Shown here piece by piece: positions 19,598-28,840 of a stretch of DNA of 46,788 bases. Location: assembly GCA_017537565.1 (NCBI GenBank), contig JAFYKQ010000118.1:69578-116365 (forward strand), given 5' to 3'. Position numbers and translations under genes: made by a program. Position 1 is the first letter of the stretch, and every line of letters begins with the position of its first letter. The notes beneath the pieces were generated by a model, which was not told where the DNA came from, searched no databases, and saw only the letters and a program-made list of their open reading frames with translations. This DNA is from Flavobacteriales bacterium (GTDB taxonomy: Bacteria > Bacteroidota > Bacteroidia > Flavobacteriales > UBA1820).

Positions 19598-20701
19598 TTA
19601 ATGGTGTTCGTGTTCTTCGACCTTGGCCATACCTATGTACAACGCTGTAAGCAACGTGAAGATATAAGCCTGGATAACTGCCACCAGTATTTCTATAAGA
19701 TACATAAAGCTTATAAAGAGACCCGATGCTGGAACAACCACCCACATCTTAAACATAAAGATAAGCAGCAACAGACTCAATATAATAATGTGTCCACCCA
19801 TAATAGCCGCAAACAAACGGATAGTAAGAGCAAATGGTTTTGTGAACAATCCCAAAAACTCTACCGGAGCCAATATCAGCATCACAGGTTTTGGCACACC
19901 AGGCATAGACACTATTTCCTTCCAGTAGGCCTTCGTTCCGCTGAACTGTACAATTATAAACGTAAGCAATGCCAATGCCATCGAATATGACGTATTACCC
20001 GATATATTGGCACCAAATGGGAAGAACGGTATAAGACCAAAAAGGTTGGTAAACATCACAAAGAAGAACAGCGTCAATAGATATGGAGTGTATTTCTTAT
20101 AATGTTTCTCGCCTATGTTTGGCAGTGCTATCTCATCACGTATGTATATAACCAGCGGTTCAAAAAGCGAAGCTATACCACGTGGAGCTTTTGCTACGTT
20201 TGATTTCTTGCGATAGAAAGCACCCATCGTTACAAATATAGCCAACATCGTCAGCACCACCATCACCAGTGTTACCACGTTTTTGGTGATAGAGAAATCT
20301 AGCGGAGTTTCAGATATAACCTTTCCATTTTCATCACGCAACAGGTATGAACCATCTGCCTGGACTTCATCGGCAGCCTTATACACCTTTTCGTTAAATC
20401 CATCAAAATACAGCACAAAACGCTGTCCATCTTTCTCTACCACGTGATGTCCTGCCGTATCGTGATGAAAATCACCAGACATAAATGTTACCAGTTTCCC
20501 ATCAGACCACAATATAACAGGAAGCGATACGCCCACAGCGTGCCCGTCTATATCACATATATGAAAACTATGGGAGTCACGTATGTGTCCCATTATAAAT
20601 GCCGTCTGGTCTATTTTTCCGTCTTCTGCCGCAGCATCAGATGCGTAAAGATTGTAAAATCCTAATGTAAAGAACAATACAAACAGTAATCTTTGTGCCA
20701 T
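19598..20701 (-). CDS. atpB: ATP synthase F0 a subunit (Bacteroidota long form)
   Basis: NLFGLIP, KPFALTIRLFA, IQAYIFTLL. Confidence 0.96.
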   Translation of the reverse strand: MAQRLLFVLFFTLGFYNLYASDAAAEDGKIDQTAFIMGHIRDSHSFHICDIDGHAVGVSLPVILWSDGKLVTFMSGDFHHDTAGHHVVEKDGQRFVLYFDGFNEKVYKAADEVQADGSYLLRDENGKVISETPLDFSITKNVVTLVMVVLTMLAIFVTMGAFYRKKSNVAKAPRGIASLFEPLVIYIRDEIALPNIGEKHYKKYTPYLLTLFFFVMFTNLFGLIPFFPFGANISGNTSYSMALALLTFIIVQFSGTKAYWKEIVSMPGVPKPVMLILAPVEFLGLFTKPFALTIRLFAAIMGGHIIILSLLLLIFMFKMWVVVPASGLFISFMYLIEILVAVIQAYIFTLLTALYIGMAKVEEHEHH

Positions 20702-20828
20702 ATATCTATGTATTACCTTATTCTGGGTATGATTTTCACTATGTTAATTTAATTTGCCAAAGGTATGATTTTTCAGCGACATGCCAATGACTTTTTATGC
20801 ATTTACTCATCTATTAACATTACAAATG

Positions 20829-21209
20829 TCAAGATGCCTTATTTTTTATCCTCATCAGGTATAGCAGCATAGAGACAGCATAGATTCCCATCACACAGAA
20901 AATCAAGTTCATACCATCAAAACTGCCCTTCTCTCCCATCACCACAGGATAAAAGACCACTACCAGTACCCCTATCATACGCACGGCCGCTCCACCTACA
21001 TAAGAGAACAAAACGCGATATGGGTCTGTCGTATCTAGTGACACCCCTATACGGAACGAGAGCATAAAAACAGCCCACATTATCACACACAACAGCCAAG
21101 GGCTATAAAATATCCTCCACGTCTCTGGTACTAAAATCTGTCCTACTATTGCCATCACGGCCATCACAGCCGTATAAATACCATATAATATCTTATTGCT
21201 TTTTATCAT
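20829..21209 (-). CDS. Four-TM membrane protein, AtpI-like by position
   Basis: Four hydrophobic segments, between atpZ-like gene and atpB. Confidence 0.6.
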   Translation of the reverse strand: MIKSNKILYGIYTAVMAVMAIVGQILVPETWRIFYSPWLLCVIMWAVFMLSFRIGVSLDTTDPYRVLFSYVGGAAVRMIGVLVVVFYPVVMGEKGSFDGMNLIFCVMGIYAVSMLLYLMRIKNKAS

Positions 21210-21513
21210 TTTTACCTTCTTCTCTACGGCGACGTTCGGCCTCCATACGTTTATTGAAATTCTGCATTGCCACCAGTGATTTAAACAACATCAGCAGTGA
21301 TAGCACCACCCCAAGCAGCGAAAAAACAACCGTCCACACTGGCGAAGTATCATATTTACCATCTAGATACACTCCCAGATAGGCTCCGCCACCTATAAGT
21401 ACTATCATCTGTATAGCCAGTCCAGAATAACGAGCATACGCCTGTATGTATTCCTGCGTACGACGACGTTTTTCTTCAGATGACAGTTCGCTGAATTTTT
21501 TGCGATTTTCCAT
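21193..21513 (-). CDS. AtpZ/AtpI family protein
   Basis: YSGLAIQM...GGAYLGVYLD...TVVFSLLGV motif. Confidence 0.85.
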   Translation of the reverse strand: MENRKKFSELSSEEKRRRTQEYIQAYARYSGLAIQMIVLIGGGAYLGVYLDGKYDTSPVWTVVFSLLGVVLSLLMLFKSLVAMQNFNKRMEAERRRREEGKNDKKQ

Positions 21514-21514
21514 A

Positions 21515-21883
21515 TTATTTGTTTTCTGTGTTCATTCTACACGATGTAACATCTAGCACAGCACCCACCTCTACCGATAGTCTCGCCGTGGTTATCTCTC
21601 CCTTTACCACCGCCGTGCCTTTAAGCGAGAGTATATCTCCCACATACAGCATTCCTATGACCGTACCTTCGATTTCGGCAGCCATACATCTTATATCTCC
21701 CGTTACGGTAGCACCAGCACCCACCACTATACGTCCTGCCGTAGTGATATTACCGTTCACCGTTCCATCTATACGGAAGTCCCCGTCTGATGTTATATCG
21801 CCCGTGATAACCGTTCCACCAGATATTTTACTCAGGTGAGTGAGTGTCCCACCCAGCAGTTGTTCTTGTTTATTTTGTCCCAT
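21515..21883 (-). CDS. Bactofilin (polymer-forming cytoskeletal protein)
   Basis: ITGDITSDGDFRIDGTVNGNI beta-helix repeats. Confidence 0.9.
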   Translation of the reverse strand: MGQNKQEQLLGGTLTHLSKISGGTVITGDITSDGDFRIDGTVNGNITTAGRIVVGAGATVTGDIRCMAAEIEGTVIGMLYVGDILSLKGTAVVKGEITTARLSVEVGAVLDVTSCRMNTENK

Positions 21884-21993
21884 AGTTTACTCTTTATTTC
21901 TCTCTTTATGAGAACAGACAAAAATAATAATTTTTATTGATTTTATAGCGATTAAACTCGTACTTTTGAAGAGAAAAAAACTAGAATAAATAT

Positions 21994-22689
21994 ATGATAA
22001 AACAGATACTTGATTTTCTTTCGGCACTAGATAAGAACAACGACCGGGATTGGTTTTTGACACACAAAGGCGAATACCTACGAGCCAAAGAAGCATTTGA
22101 AGAACTAGTGGCTAGGCTTATCCCCATAGTCCAAGAGATAGACCCTACGGTAGGACATCTAGAGGTAAAAGACTGCACATACCGCATATACCGCGACGTG
22201 CGTTTTTCTCACGACAAACGCCCATACAAGACTCATATGGGAGCATACATCAACCGCCGTGGCAAAAAGAGCCCCTATGCTGGCTATTACATTCACCTAG
22301 ACCCCACACACGGTTCGCTATGGGGAGGTGGTCTTTACTGTCCCGATGCCGCCCTTCTCAAGGCCGTACGATGGGACATATATGACAACATAGACGAATT
22401 TTTGGATTTGAATAATTCTTTGGAAAGAGAAGGTTTTACACTTTCTAGGGAAGACATGTTGAAAAAAACACCACAAGGATTCCCAAAGGATTTCCCATAT
22501 AGTGATTTCCTTAAAATGAAACACTATGATATGTATCGCACTATAACAGATGATGTTTTATATGACGAAAATCGCCTCATAGAAGAAACACGCCGTGCTT
22601 TTGCTGCGATGAAAAATATGAACCGTTTTCTCAACTACACGATAGACGAGACTCTTCCAAATATAAATCGTATGGACAGTTATAGATAA
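21994..22689 (+). CDS. DUF2461 family protein
   Basis: NNDRDWF, RIYRDVRFSHDKRPYK, GYYIH and GGG motifs. Confidence 0.9.
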   Translation: MIKQILDFLSALDKNNDRDWFLTHKGEYLRAKEAFEELVARLIPIVQEIDPTVGHLEVKDCTYRIYRDVRFSHDKRPYKTHMGAYINRRGKKSPYAGYYIHLDPTHGSLWGGGLYCPDAALLKAVRWDIYDNIDEFLDLNNSLEREGFTLSREDMLKKTPQGFPKDFPYSDFLKMKHYDMYRTITDDVLYDENRLIEETRRAFAAMKNMNRFLNYTIDETLPNINRMDSYR

Positions 22690-22808
22690 AATATATACAA
22701 GAGTAGAAAGATAAAAACACCTCACACTCTTTCTGGATATAGAAAATTTTATAATTTTGTAAAAACACAAAAAAAAATTCATTTGCCTATGAAACACCGC
22801 GTATAGAC

Positions 22809-23019
22809 AGATACGCATATTTTAGACATATTGGAAAAGCGTTTTAGCTTTATTCTGCATTCCCAGAAGTTTGGCGACTATATAGGAAAATCTGCAAGAA
22901 TATAGCATAAATGCTCACGTTATAGGCGTGGGCTTTTGGTTATTCTGCAGATTTAGGTTACGCCAAACACCTTGGGAAGCGAGTACACTGAAAGTGCCAC
23001 GCTTTTTTTATGCGTATCT
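22809..23019 (+). ncRNA. Candidate structured leader RNA / ncRNA (nested inverted repeats)
   Basis: Nested pairs 22809-19/23009-19, 22835-41/23000-06, 22860-65/22973-78, 22869-76/22961-68, 22888-96/22946-54, 22898-902/22941-45, 22913-19/22927-33. Confidence 0.6.
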
Positions 23020-23093
23020 ATAACATAAATCCAGGCACACATGGAGTAACCGAAATGCCACAAAGTGAGTAGGAAATTTCAACAACAAAAAAA

Positions 23094-23660
23094 ATGAAAA
23101 GAATTTTATTAATTACCATTACTATATTATCGACACTCTATAGTCCAAGTGTCCTCTCACAAAATCTTTCAGCCTACGGAGTTACGTTAGGCGAAGACAA
23201 GTATGATGTTGAAAACGTATTAGAAAACAAAGGGAAGAGCATCAAATATGATACAAATAAAAAAGGAAATGCTGTATTAAGAATTTCCTATCCACGCATT
23301 GGAGATGCGGATTTTGATAATGGAACATTCGTATTTAACGATGATGACGAATTATACTCGATAAGTTTTAGTTCTGTCGATGGTGGCACAGGAAATCCAG
23401 GAATGCCCTGGGAAGCCAAGTTTCATAGAAAAGCTGAAGAATGCAAAAATGCTTTTCTAAAAATGGCTCAAAATTTATTAACTAAATATGGCTCCCCCGA
23501 TACTTACTCAAACACCAGTGCAATATGGCAAAAAGGAAATGAAAGAATCTCTTTAGAATATGATTATAAATATGAATATAATCAGTTTGGTTGGGTAGAT
23601 CATCACGTGAGTGTCTTACTCAAATACGAACAGATAGATTTAGACAATGCGGATTATTAA
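23094..23660 (+). CDS. Hypothetical secreted protein (AT-rich islet)
   Basis: 188-aa ORF with Sec signal peptide ending VLS-Q; no family recognised. Confidence 0.8.
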   Translation: MKRILLITITILSTLYSPSVLSQNLSAYGVTLGEDKYDVENVLENKGKSIKYDTNKKGNAVLRISYPRIGDADFDNGTFVFNDDDELYSISFSSVDGGTGNPGMPWEAKFHRKAEECKNAFLKMAQNLLTKYGSPDTYSNTSAIWQKGNERISLEYDYKYEYNQFGWVDHHVSVLLKYEQIDLDNADY

Positions 23661-23775
23661 ATAATCACTATATTGGTAAAATACACTCTTTGACAAGAAG
23701 AATCCTTGGAATAAATAAACAAACATTAAACACATTTAACATATAAGTAATAAACACAATAAATATAATTATCAT

Positions 23776-24216
23776 ATGAATAAAATCTCATTTACATTAA
23801 TTTACATAATGTCTATCTTATTGATATCCTGCACAGGAAGTAACCAAAAAACCTATTATAACAACCCCGAAGAAGAACTTTGTGCAATGATGGAAGAACA
23901 AGGTTGGGAACAAATTTCCAATAGCACCAATGTCTATCGGAAGGATCTTGATAAAATAACAACAGATGGTAAACGAACTTATAAAACAACTTATTGGTAT
24001 ACAGCTGCAGTGTATTGCAAAAAATCTGGAGACAAGACTAAATACATAATAGCAAGACCTGTCTATTCTTCTGAAGACAATGTACAAAGATTGAATGATG
24101 GAAAACTAAAATATAAATCTTTCTCCATTATTGACTGCCAATATACAGATAAATATGGCACCACATACAATGGCTATATTAGCGATGGTGGATCTACCGC
24201 TTATCTCAACTATTGA
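23776..24216 (+). CDS. Hypothetical lipoprotein (AT-rich islet)
   Basis: 146-aa ORF with lipobox LLISC; no family recognised. Confidence 0.78.
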   Translation: MNKISFTLIYIMSILLISCTGSNQKTYYNNPEEELCAMMEEQGWEQISNSTNVYRKDLDKITTDGKRTYKTTYWYTAAVYCKKSGDKTKYIIARPVYSSEDNVQRLNDGKLKYKSFSIIDCQYTDKYGTTYNGYISDGGSTAYLNY

Positions 24217-24259
24217 TTTTGTAGATAAAAAAAGACCATTCTTTATCACATAATAATAC

Positions 24260-24290
24260 AAAATACGCCGCCCAGTGGGCGGCGTATTTT
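24260..24290. terminator. Bidirectional intrinsic terminator
   Basis: AAAATACGCCGCCC-AGT-GGGCGGCGTATTTT. Confidence 0.88.
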
Positions 24291-24310
24291 ATTACCGTGA
24301 ATGCTTTTTA

Positions 24311-25015
24311 CTATTTAAGGACTTCCTGCACCAGTTTTTCCATCACCTCATATCCTGCGGCAGTAGGGTGGACACCATCATAAGTATAAGCAGGGTTAAG
24401 TTCGCGTTTCTCGCCATAGACCATAGGAGTGTAGTAATCTATGTATGGGATTTTTTCTTTCTGTGCATATGCCTTTATGCGGGCATTGAGTGCTTCTATT
24501 TTAACCGGAGCGTCTTTCATATCCTTACGCCAAGAAAAACCAGCGGCAGGTAGCACCGATGACAATATGACTTTTATCTTATATGCTCGTGCCAATTCCA
24601 CCATAGACACTATATTTCCAAATGTATAGTCTTCGTCATATGGGCGGGTATTTTCGGCTATGTCGTTTGTGCCTACGTTTATGATTACTTTGGCAGGGTG
24701 TAGGTTTATCACATCACTACGGAAACGCAAAAGGAACTGTTCCGATGTCTGACCGCTTATACCGCGATTTACATAGTTTTTGTTCTCTTCAAAAAATACC
24801 TTGTGATGTTTTGCCCAGCCTTCTGTTATGGAATTACCTAGGAAAACTACTCGTTTTTCTCCTTTGGAGGGAGCAGGGAGAGATTCGTTGGCTTTTGCAT
24901 AGCGGGCTAACCCTGCAAAGTCTTTACTCTTCTGTGCCGTAGCCGTAGGGCTAGATATGCATACACACACTATCGCTACAAGTATTCCCCACAAAATGTT
25001 CTGATGTTTTTTCAT
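24311..25015 (-). CDS. SGNH/GDSL hydrolase family protein
   Basis: FLGNSIT, NRGISGQ, GTNDI and DGVHP blocks; signal peptide. Confidence 0.92.
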   Translation of the reverse strand: MKKHQNILWGILVAIVCVCISSPTATAQKSKDFAGLARYAKANESLPAPSKGEKRVVFLGNSITEGWAKHHKVFFEENKNYVNRGISGQTSEQFLLRFRSDVINLHPAKVIINVGTNDIAENTRPYDEDYTFGNIVSMVELARAYKIKVILSSVLPAAGFSWRKDMKDAPVKIEALNARIKAYAQKEKIPYIDYYTPMVYGEKRELNPAYTYDGVHPTAAGYEVMEKLVQEVLK

Positions 25016-25063
25016 ACTACTAATGTTTATTTTTATCTAGTTATGACATTATCTATCTGTAAT

Positions 25064-25897
25064 CTACCAGCTACCACCGGCACCTCCGCCGCCGAAGCCT
25101 CCGCCACCAAAACCGCCAGAAAAGCCTCCGCCACCGAAGCCTCCACCACCGAAGCCTCCACCAAATCCTCCCGAGGAATAGCCTCCTCCTCTAGAGCGTC
25201 CAGCACTGCCAAGTAGCATTCCCAGTAGCATAGCTTCGCCAGCAGTCATACCTCCGCCGCCATTACCACCAGAAGACGGGCCATTGCCACCTTTTTTATT
25301 ATCTGATGCACTGCTCGCTGCGATAACCACCACTATAAACACAATTATAGGCAGTAAGGCTACCAGTGGACTAGTATCATCATCACTCTTTGCCGATGCA
25401 GAAGATTTGAACTGCCCTGTAAGAGTCTCAAATATAGCGTCAACTCCCGCCATCAGCCCCCCGTAATAGTCTCCACTACGGAAATATGGCAGTATTCGTT
25501 CTTCTATTATACGGCGAGTCATAGCATCGGTAAGAGAGCCCTCCACACCATAACCCGTAGCGATGAATATCTTACGTGCAGCAGGCGAAAGCAGTATAAA
25601 GACTCCGTTATCTTCCTTTTCCTGTCCTATGCCCCACTCGTGTGCCCAGTTTATGGCCAACATAGATATGTCATTACCACACAGGTCGTCTTTTATGGCA
25701 ACCACTATCTGTGTAGATGTACTGTCTGAATATGCTATGAGCTTCCTCTCCAGAGCCATCTTCTGCACATCTGAAAGCAATGCCGAATAATCATATACCG
25801 ATGTCTGCAATTGGGGCTTGGCAGGGATACAATCACTCTTACCCCACATAGGGACAGAAAACAGCACACATACTATTACATATATATATCTATACAT
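25064..25897 (-). CDS. TPM domain protein (YgcG-like) with Gly-rich tail
   Basis: WGIGQ..DNGV, IATGYGVEGSLTD, FGGGGAGGSW end; start taken at ATG 25897. Confidence 0.9.
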   Translation of the reverse strand: MYRYIYVIVCVLFSVPMWGKSDCIPAKPQLQTSVYDYSALLSDVQKMALERKLIAYSDSTSTQIVVAIKDDLCGNDISMLAINWAHEWGIGQEKEDNGVFILLSPAARKIFIATGYGVEGSLTDAMTRRIIEERILPYFRSGDYYGGLMAGVDAIFETLTGQFKSSASAKSDDDTSPLVALLPIIVFIVVVIAASSASDNKKGGNGPSSGGNGGGGMTAGEAMLLGMLLGSAGRSRGGGYSSGGFGGGFGGGGFGGGGFSGGFGGGGFGGGGAGGSW

Positions 25898-26339
25898 TGC
25901 CTCTGGATATTTCATCAGATAATTCATTTACATCGTCACTGCGGTAAGGGAAATACTCTTTGAGTTGGGCTCCTATCTGTTCTATAACCTCGACCAATCC
26001 TTCTGCTACCCTGCCGCTGCGGAAACGGTCTCTTATGAGCATATATGTATCATTCCAAAAACCTTCGGGTACCACAGCATCTATGCCACGACCACCCCAC
26101 ACAGCAAAACCGTGATGAGCCACATCTATATACAGTAATACAGCATTACCTTCGCGAGTGGCGTGCATTCCCAGCGTTTCAAATACTCGCGAGGCACGTA
26201 CCAGCGGTGGCAACAATCCATCTCCCGCCTCTATATGCACACGTATCTCTCCCGATGTATTGAGTTCGGCACGGCGTATGGCCTCTATGACACTGCGTTC
26301 GCCTTCTGGTGAAAGGAAATCTCTTACTATATCACTCAT
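25890..26339 (-). CDS. TPM domain protein (short)
   Basis: AELNTSGEIRVHIE, GIDAVVP..FW, NELSDEIS. Confidence 0.9.
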   Translation of the reverse strand: MSDIVRDFLSPEGERSVIEAIRRAELNTSGEIRVHIEAGDGLLPPLVRASRVFETLGMHATREGNAVLLYIDVAHHGFAVWGGRGIDAVVPEGFWNDTYMLIRDRFRSGRVAEGLVEVIEQIGAQLKEYFPYRSDDVNELSDEISRGNV

Positions 26340-26374
26340 TATTTATCTCTATTTATTAAAGACAATCTACCCCA

Positions 26375-26989
26375 CTAAAACTCTACTTTGGGAGCGGTGG
26401 CAGCAGCTTCGTCTGCCTTAAAGAGAGGTGATTTTTCAAATCCTGTAATGCCTGCTATGATATTTCCAGGGAATTTCATTATGTATGAATTGTATCTGGA
26501 AGCAGCCTCGTTATAACGCTGACGCGCTACCTGTATACGGTTTTCTGTGCCTTCCAGTTGGGAAGATAGTTCGCGGAAGTTTTCATTGGCTTTAAGGTCT
26601 GGATAACGTTCTGCCACCACCATAAGACGTCCCAATGCCTGTGACAACTGACCCTGTGATGCTTGGAATTTCTGCAATGCTTCGGGTGTAAGCTGTGATG
26701 GGTCTATGGTCATCTGTGTGGCTGCTGCACGCGCTTCGACAACCTCAGTAAGAGTTTTTTCCTCGTGAGTGGCATAGCCTTTGACCGTAGCTACCAGATT
26801 TGGTATAAGGTCATTACGACGTTGGTACTGGCTCTCTACATCTGCCCAAGCCTTTTCATACCCTGTCTCACCGCTACGCAATTCCACCATAGTGTTGTAT
26901 TTGCCTACTCCCCAAGCAAATATAGATATAACTATAAGCAACAGTCCTGCTGCTACTATACCAGCTATTACACAACCTTTGTTCTTCAT
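26375..26989 (-). CDS. lemA: LemA family protein
   Basis: YQRRNDLIPNLV, ERYPDLKAN, LEGTENRI. Confidence 0.95.
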   Translation of the reverse strand: MKNKGCVIAGIVAAGLLLIVISIFAWGVGKYNTMVELRSGETGYEKAWADVESQYQRRNDLIPNLVATVKGYATHEEKTLTEVVEARAAATQMTIDPSQLTPEALQKFQASQGQLSQALGRLMVVAERYPDLKANENFRELSSQLEGTENRIQVARQRYNEAASRYNSYIMKFPGNIIAGITGFEKSPLFKADEAAATAPKVEF

Positions 26990-27082
26990 TTCTTTTCTTA
27001 ATTTTTAAGTGTTGATATTGATTTATTGTTTCTCTTTATATCGTACAAATATACGATTTTTTTATCATCACGTCAAAAGCCT

Positions 27083-27913
27083 TCACTTATCATACACATC
27101 TAGCACCTTACGGGCAAAATCCCCCTGACGAGTCCCCACATAAAGCGACCTCACCGCCCGCATAGAACGCACCATAGACTCCTTGCCATAAAGGCGGCCA
27201 CGACACAATGCCAAAAGAAGATGAAATTTTGCCTTATCATCTACCATCAAGCCACCATCTTTCAGTATATCCTCTATTACAGATTGGGCAGCAGAGTATT
27301 GACCGGCAGTATAGAGTTCATACACCTCTTTATACTTTCTTTTAAATAAAATAACTGATGCTGCATCTACACCATCTATCCTCGCCGTATCTACCACCAG
27401 CACATATTTGTTTTTATAATCTGGGAGGCTGACACACATAGTATCTATACCGGCCATCACATCGGGATAATTACTCACCGCCCAATCGAGATCTATCCTC
27501 TCCTTATAGAACACCGCTCGATTTCTGTTTTCTTCACACAAGGCCAGCACTGCATACCACAATGCCGCCCGCGAAGGTTTTACATCTGGAGATATAACAG
27601 AATAAGCATCGTCATACCGTCCCAATGCCATATATATACGTGCCAGCTCCATATATATTTTTTCATCGGCTACACCTCGCTCTACACAACGATGTAGAAC
27701 TACCGAAAGCGAGAGAAGAGTATCTGTAAGGGGTGGCTGGACTCTCCATCGCATAGAATATTTAACAGTGTCTGGCAGATTATTCCTTTCTCTTACACTA
27801 TCTACATAATCCCACACATCTTTTATATGATAATATAGATTATAAGGTGGACGCTTTCCGTACAACACAGTCGGGAATAGTAAAAACATCACATACAGGA
27901 AAACACGACACAT
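27083..27913 (-). CDS. Secreted TPR-like protein resembling the C-terminal part of SprE/PorW
   Basis: Signal peptide from ATG 27913 (track start 27940); TPR-like YMELARIY..GRYDDA; C-terminal KFHLLLA..GRLYG...Y..T.QG..A pattern. Confidence 0.5.
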   Translation of the reverse strand: MCRVFLYVMFLLFPTVLYGKRPPYNLYYHIKDVWDYVDSVRERNNLPDTVKYSMRWRVQPPLTDTLLSLSVVLHRCVERGVADEKIYMELARIYMALGRYDDAYSVISPDVKPSRAALWYAVLALCEENRNRAVFYKERIDLDWAVSNYPDVMAGIDTMCVSLPDYKNKYVLVVDTARIDGVDAASVILFKRKYKEVYELYTAGQYSAAQSVIEDILKDGGLMVDDKAKFHLLLALCRGRLYGKESMVRSMRAVRSLYVGTRQGDFARKVLDVYDK

Positions 27914-27948
27914 AGCAGGGCTTTTACCCCAATATAGCAAATACTGTC

Positions 27949-28731
27949 TTAAAGTACTATACCAAAAACACTCTCTACGTTTTTCTGTGCAGCACTAGCT
28001 AGTTCTGCAATGGACACCCCTAGATATTCTGAAAGATAAGCCACTATGTGAGGGATATAAGAACTCTCGTTACGTTTACCTCTGTAAGGTACTGGTGGCA
28101 GATAAGGAGCATCTGTCTCATATACTATATGCTCATAGCCCACCGTGCGTATTATCTCCCTCATAAGATTAGTTTTATATGTTACAGTCCCTCCAACACC
28201 TATTTTAAGCCCCATATCTATCACCTTGCAGGCTTGGGAGAATGTGCCAGAAAAACAGTGCATCACCCCTTTTACCTTATATGAAGACAATATCTCCAGC
28301 GTCCTGTCCATCGCCTCGCGGCTATGTATAGACACAGGCATCTCTCGCTCCACCGCCCACGACAACTGACGTTCAAATGCCTCCTCTTGCTCTTTTTTAT
28401 ATGTAGTATCCCAATAAAAATCCAGTCCTATCTCTCCTATCCCTATCCAGGCGCCTCTATCCAAGTGCTCTCTCACTACCTCCAACTCTCTTTCCACGTT
28501 TTCACTCGTTATAGAAGTAGGGTGAAGACCTATCATCATCTCAAATACATGTGGATACTGCTCTCCAAGCGCCAACATTCTATCTATAGTGCTACTGTCC
28601 ACAGCAGGCAATATAATTTTCCCCACGCCACTATCCACAGCGCGATTTATAACATCAAGTATGTCATTATCAAACACTTCATCATACAGATGAGAGTGAG
28701 TATCTACATATAAAAATCCTTTTTTCTCCAT
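27949..28731 (-). CDS. tatD: TatD family hydrolase
   Basis: DTHSH, GLHP, GEIGLD, IHSR, HCFSG, ETDAPYL; start taken at ATG 28731. Confidence 0.95.
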   Translation of the reverse strand: MEKKGFLYVDTHSHLYDEVFDNDILDVINRAVDSGVGKIILPAVDSSTIDRMLALGEQYPHVFEMMIGLHPTSITSENVERELEVVREHLDRGAWIGIGEIGLDFYWDTTYKKEQEEAFERQLSWAVEREMPVSIHSREAMDRTLEILSSYKVKGVMHCFSGTFSQACKVIDMGLKIGVGGTVTYKTNLMREIIRTVGYEHIVYETDAPYLPPVPYRGKRNESSYIPHIVAYLSEYLGVSIAELASAAQKNVESVFGIVL

Positions 28732-28774
28732 AAAGACAAAATTATGAAAAATTTTTTCTAGCAAACATATAGTT

Positions 28775-28790
28775 TGGCACGGTTTTTGCA
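28775..28790 (+). promoter_or_regulatory. Sigma54 (-24/-12) promoter upstream of tonB
   Basis: TGGCACG-GTTT-TTGCA matches TGGCACG-N4-TTGCW exactly. Confidence 0.65.
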
Positions 28791-28840
28791 TATATATTTG
28801 CAGAGAAAAATATCTAATAATCTATAAAAACATTATTACA

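Noticed and set aside
25067-25180. 15-bp GC-rich repeats
   Set aside because: Encode the usual GGGFG tail of TPM/YgcG proteins.
25880-25889. (AT)5 tracts near the TPM start and the mazG start (40681-40690) as phase-variation sites
   Set aside because: Too short, and ATAT runs are common throughout this sequence.
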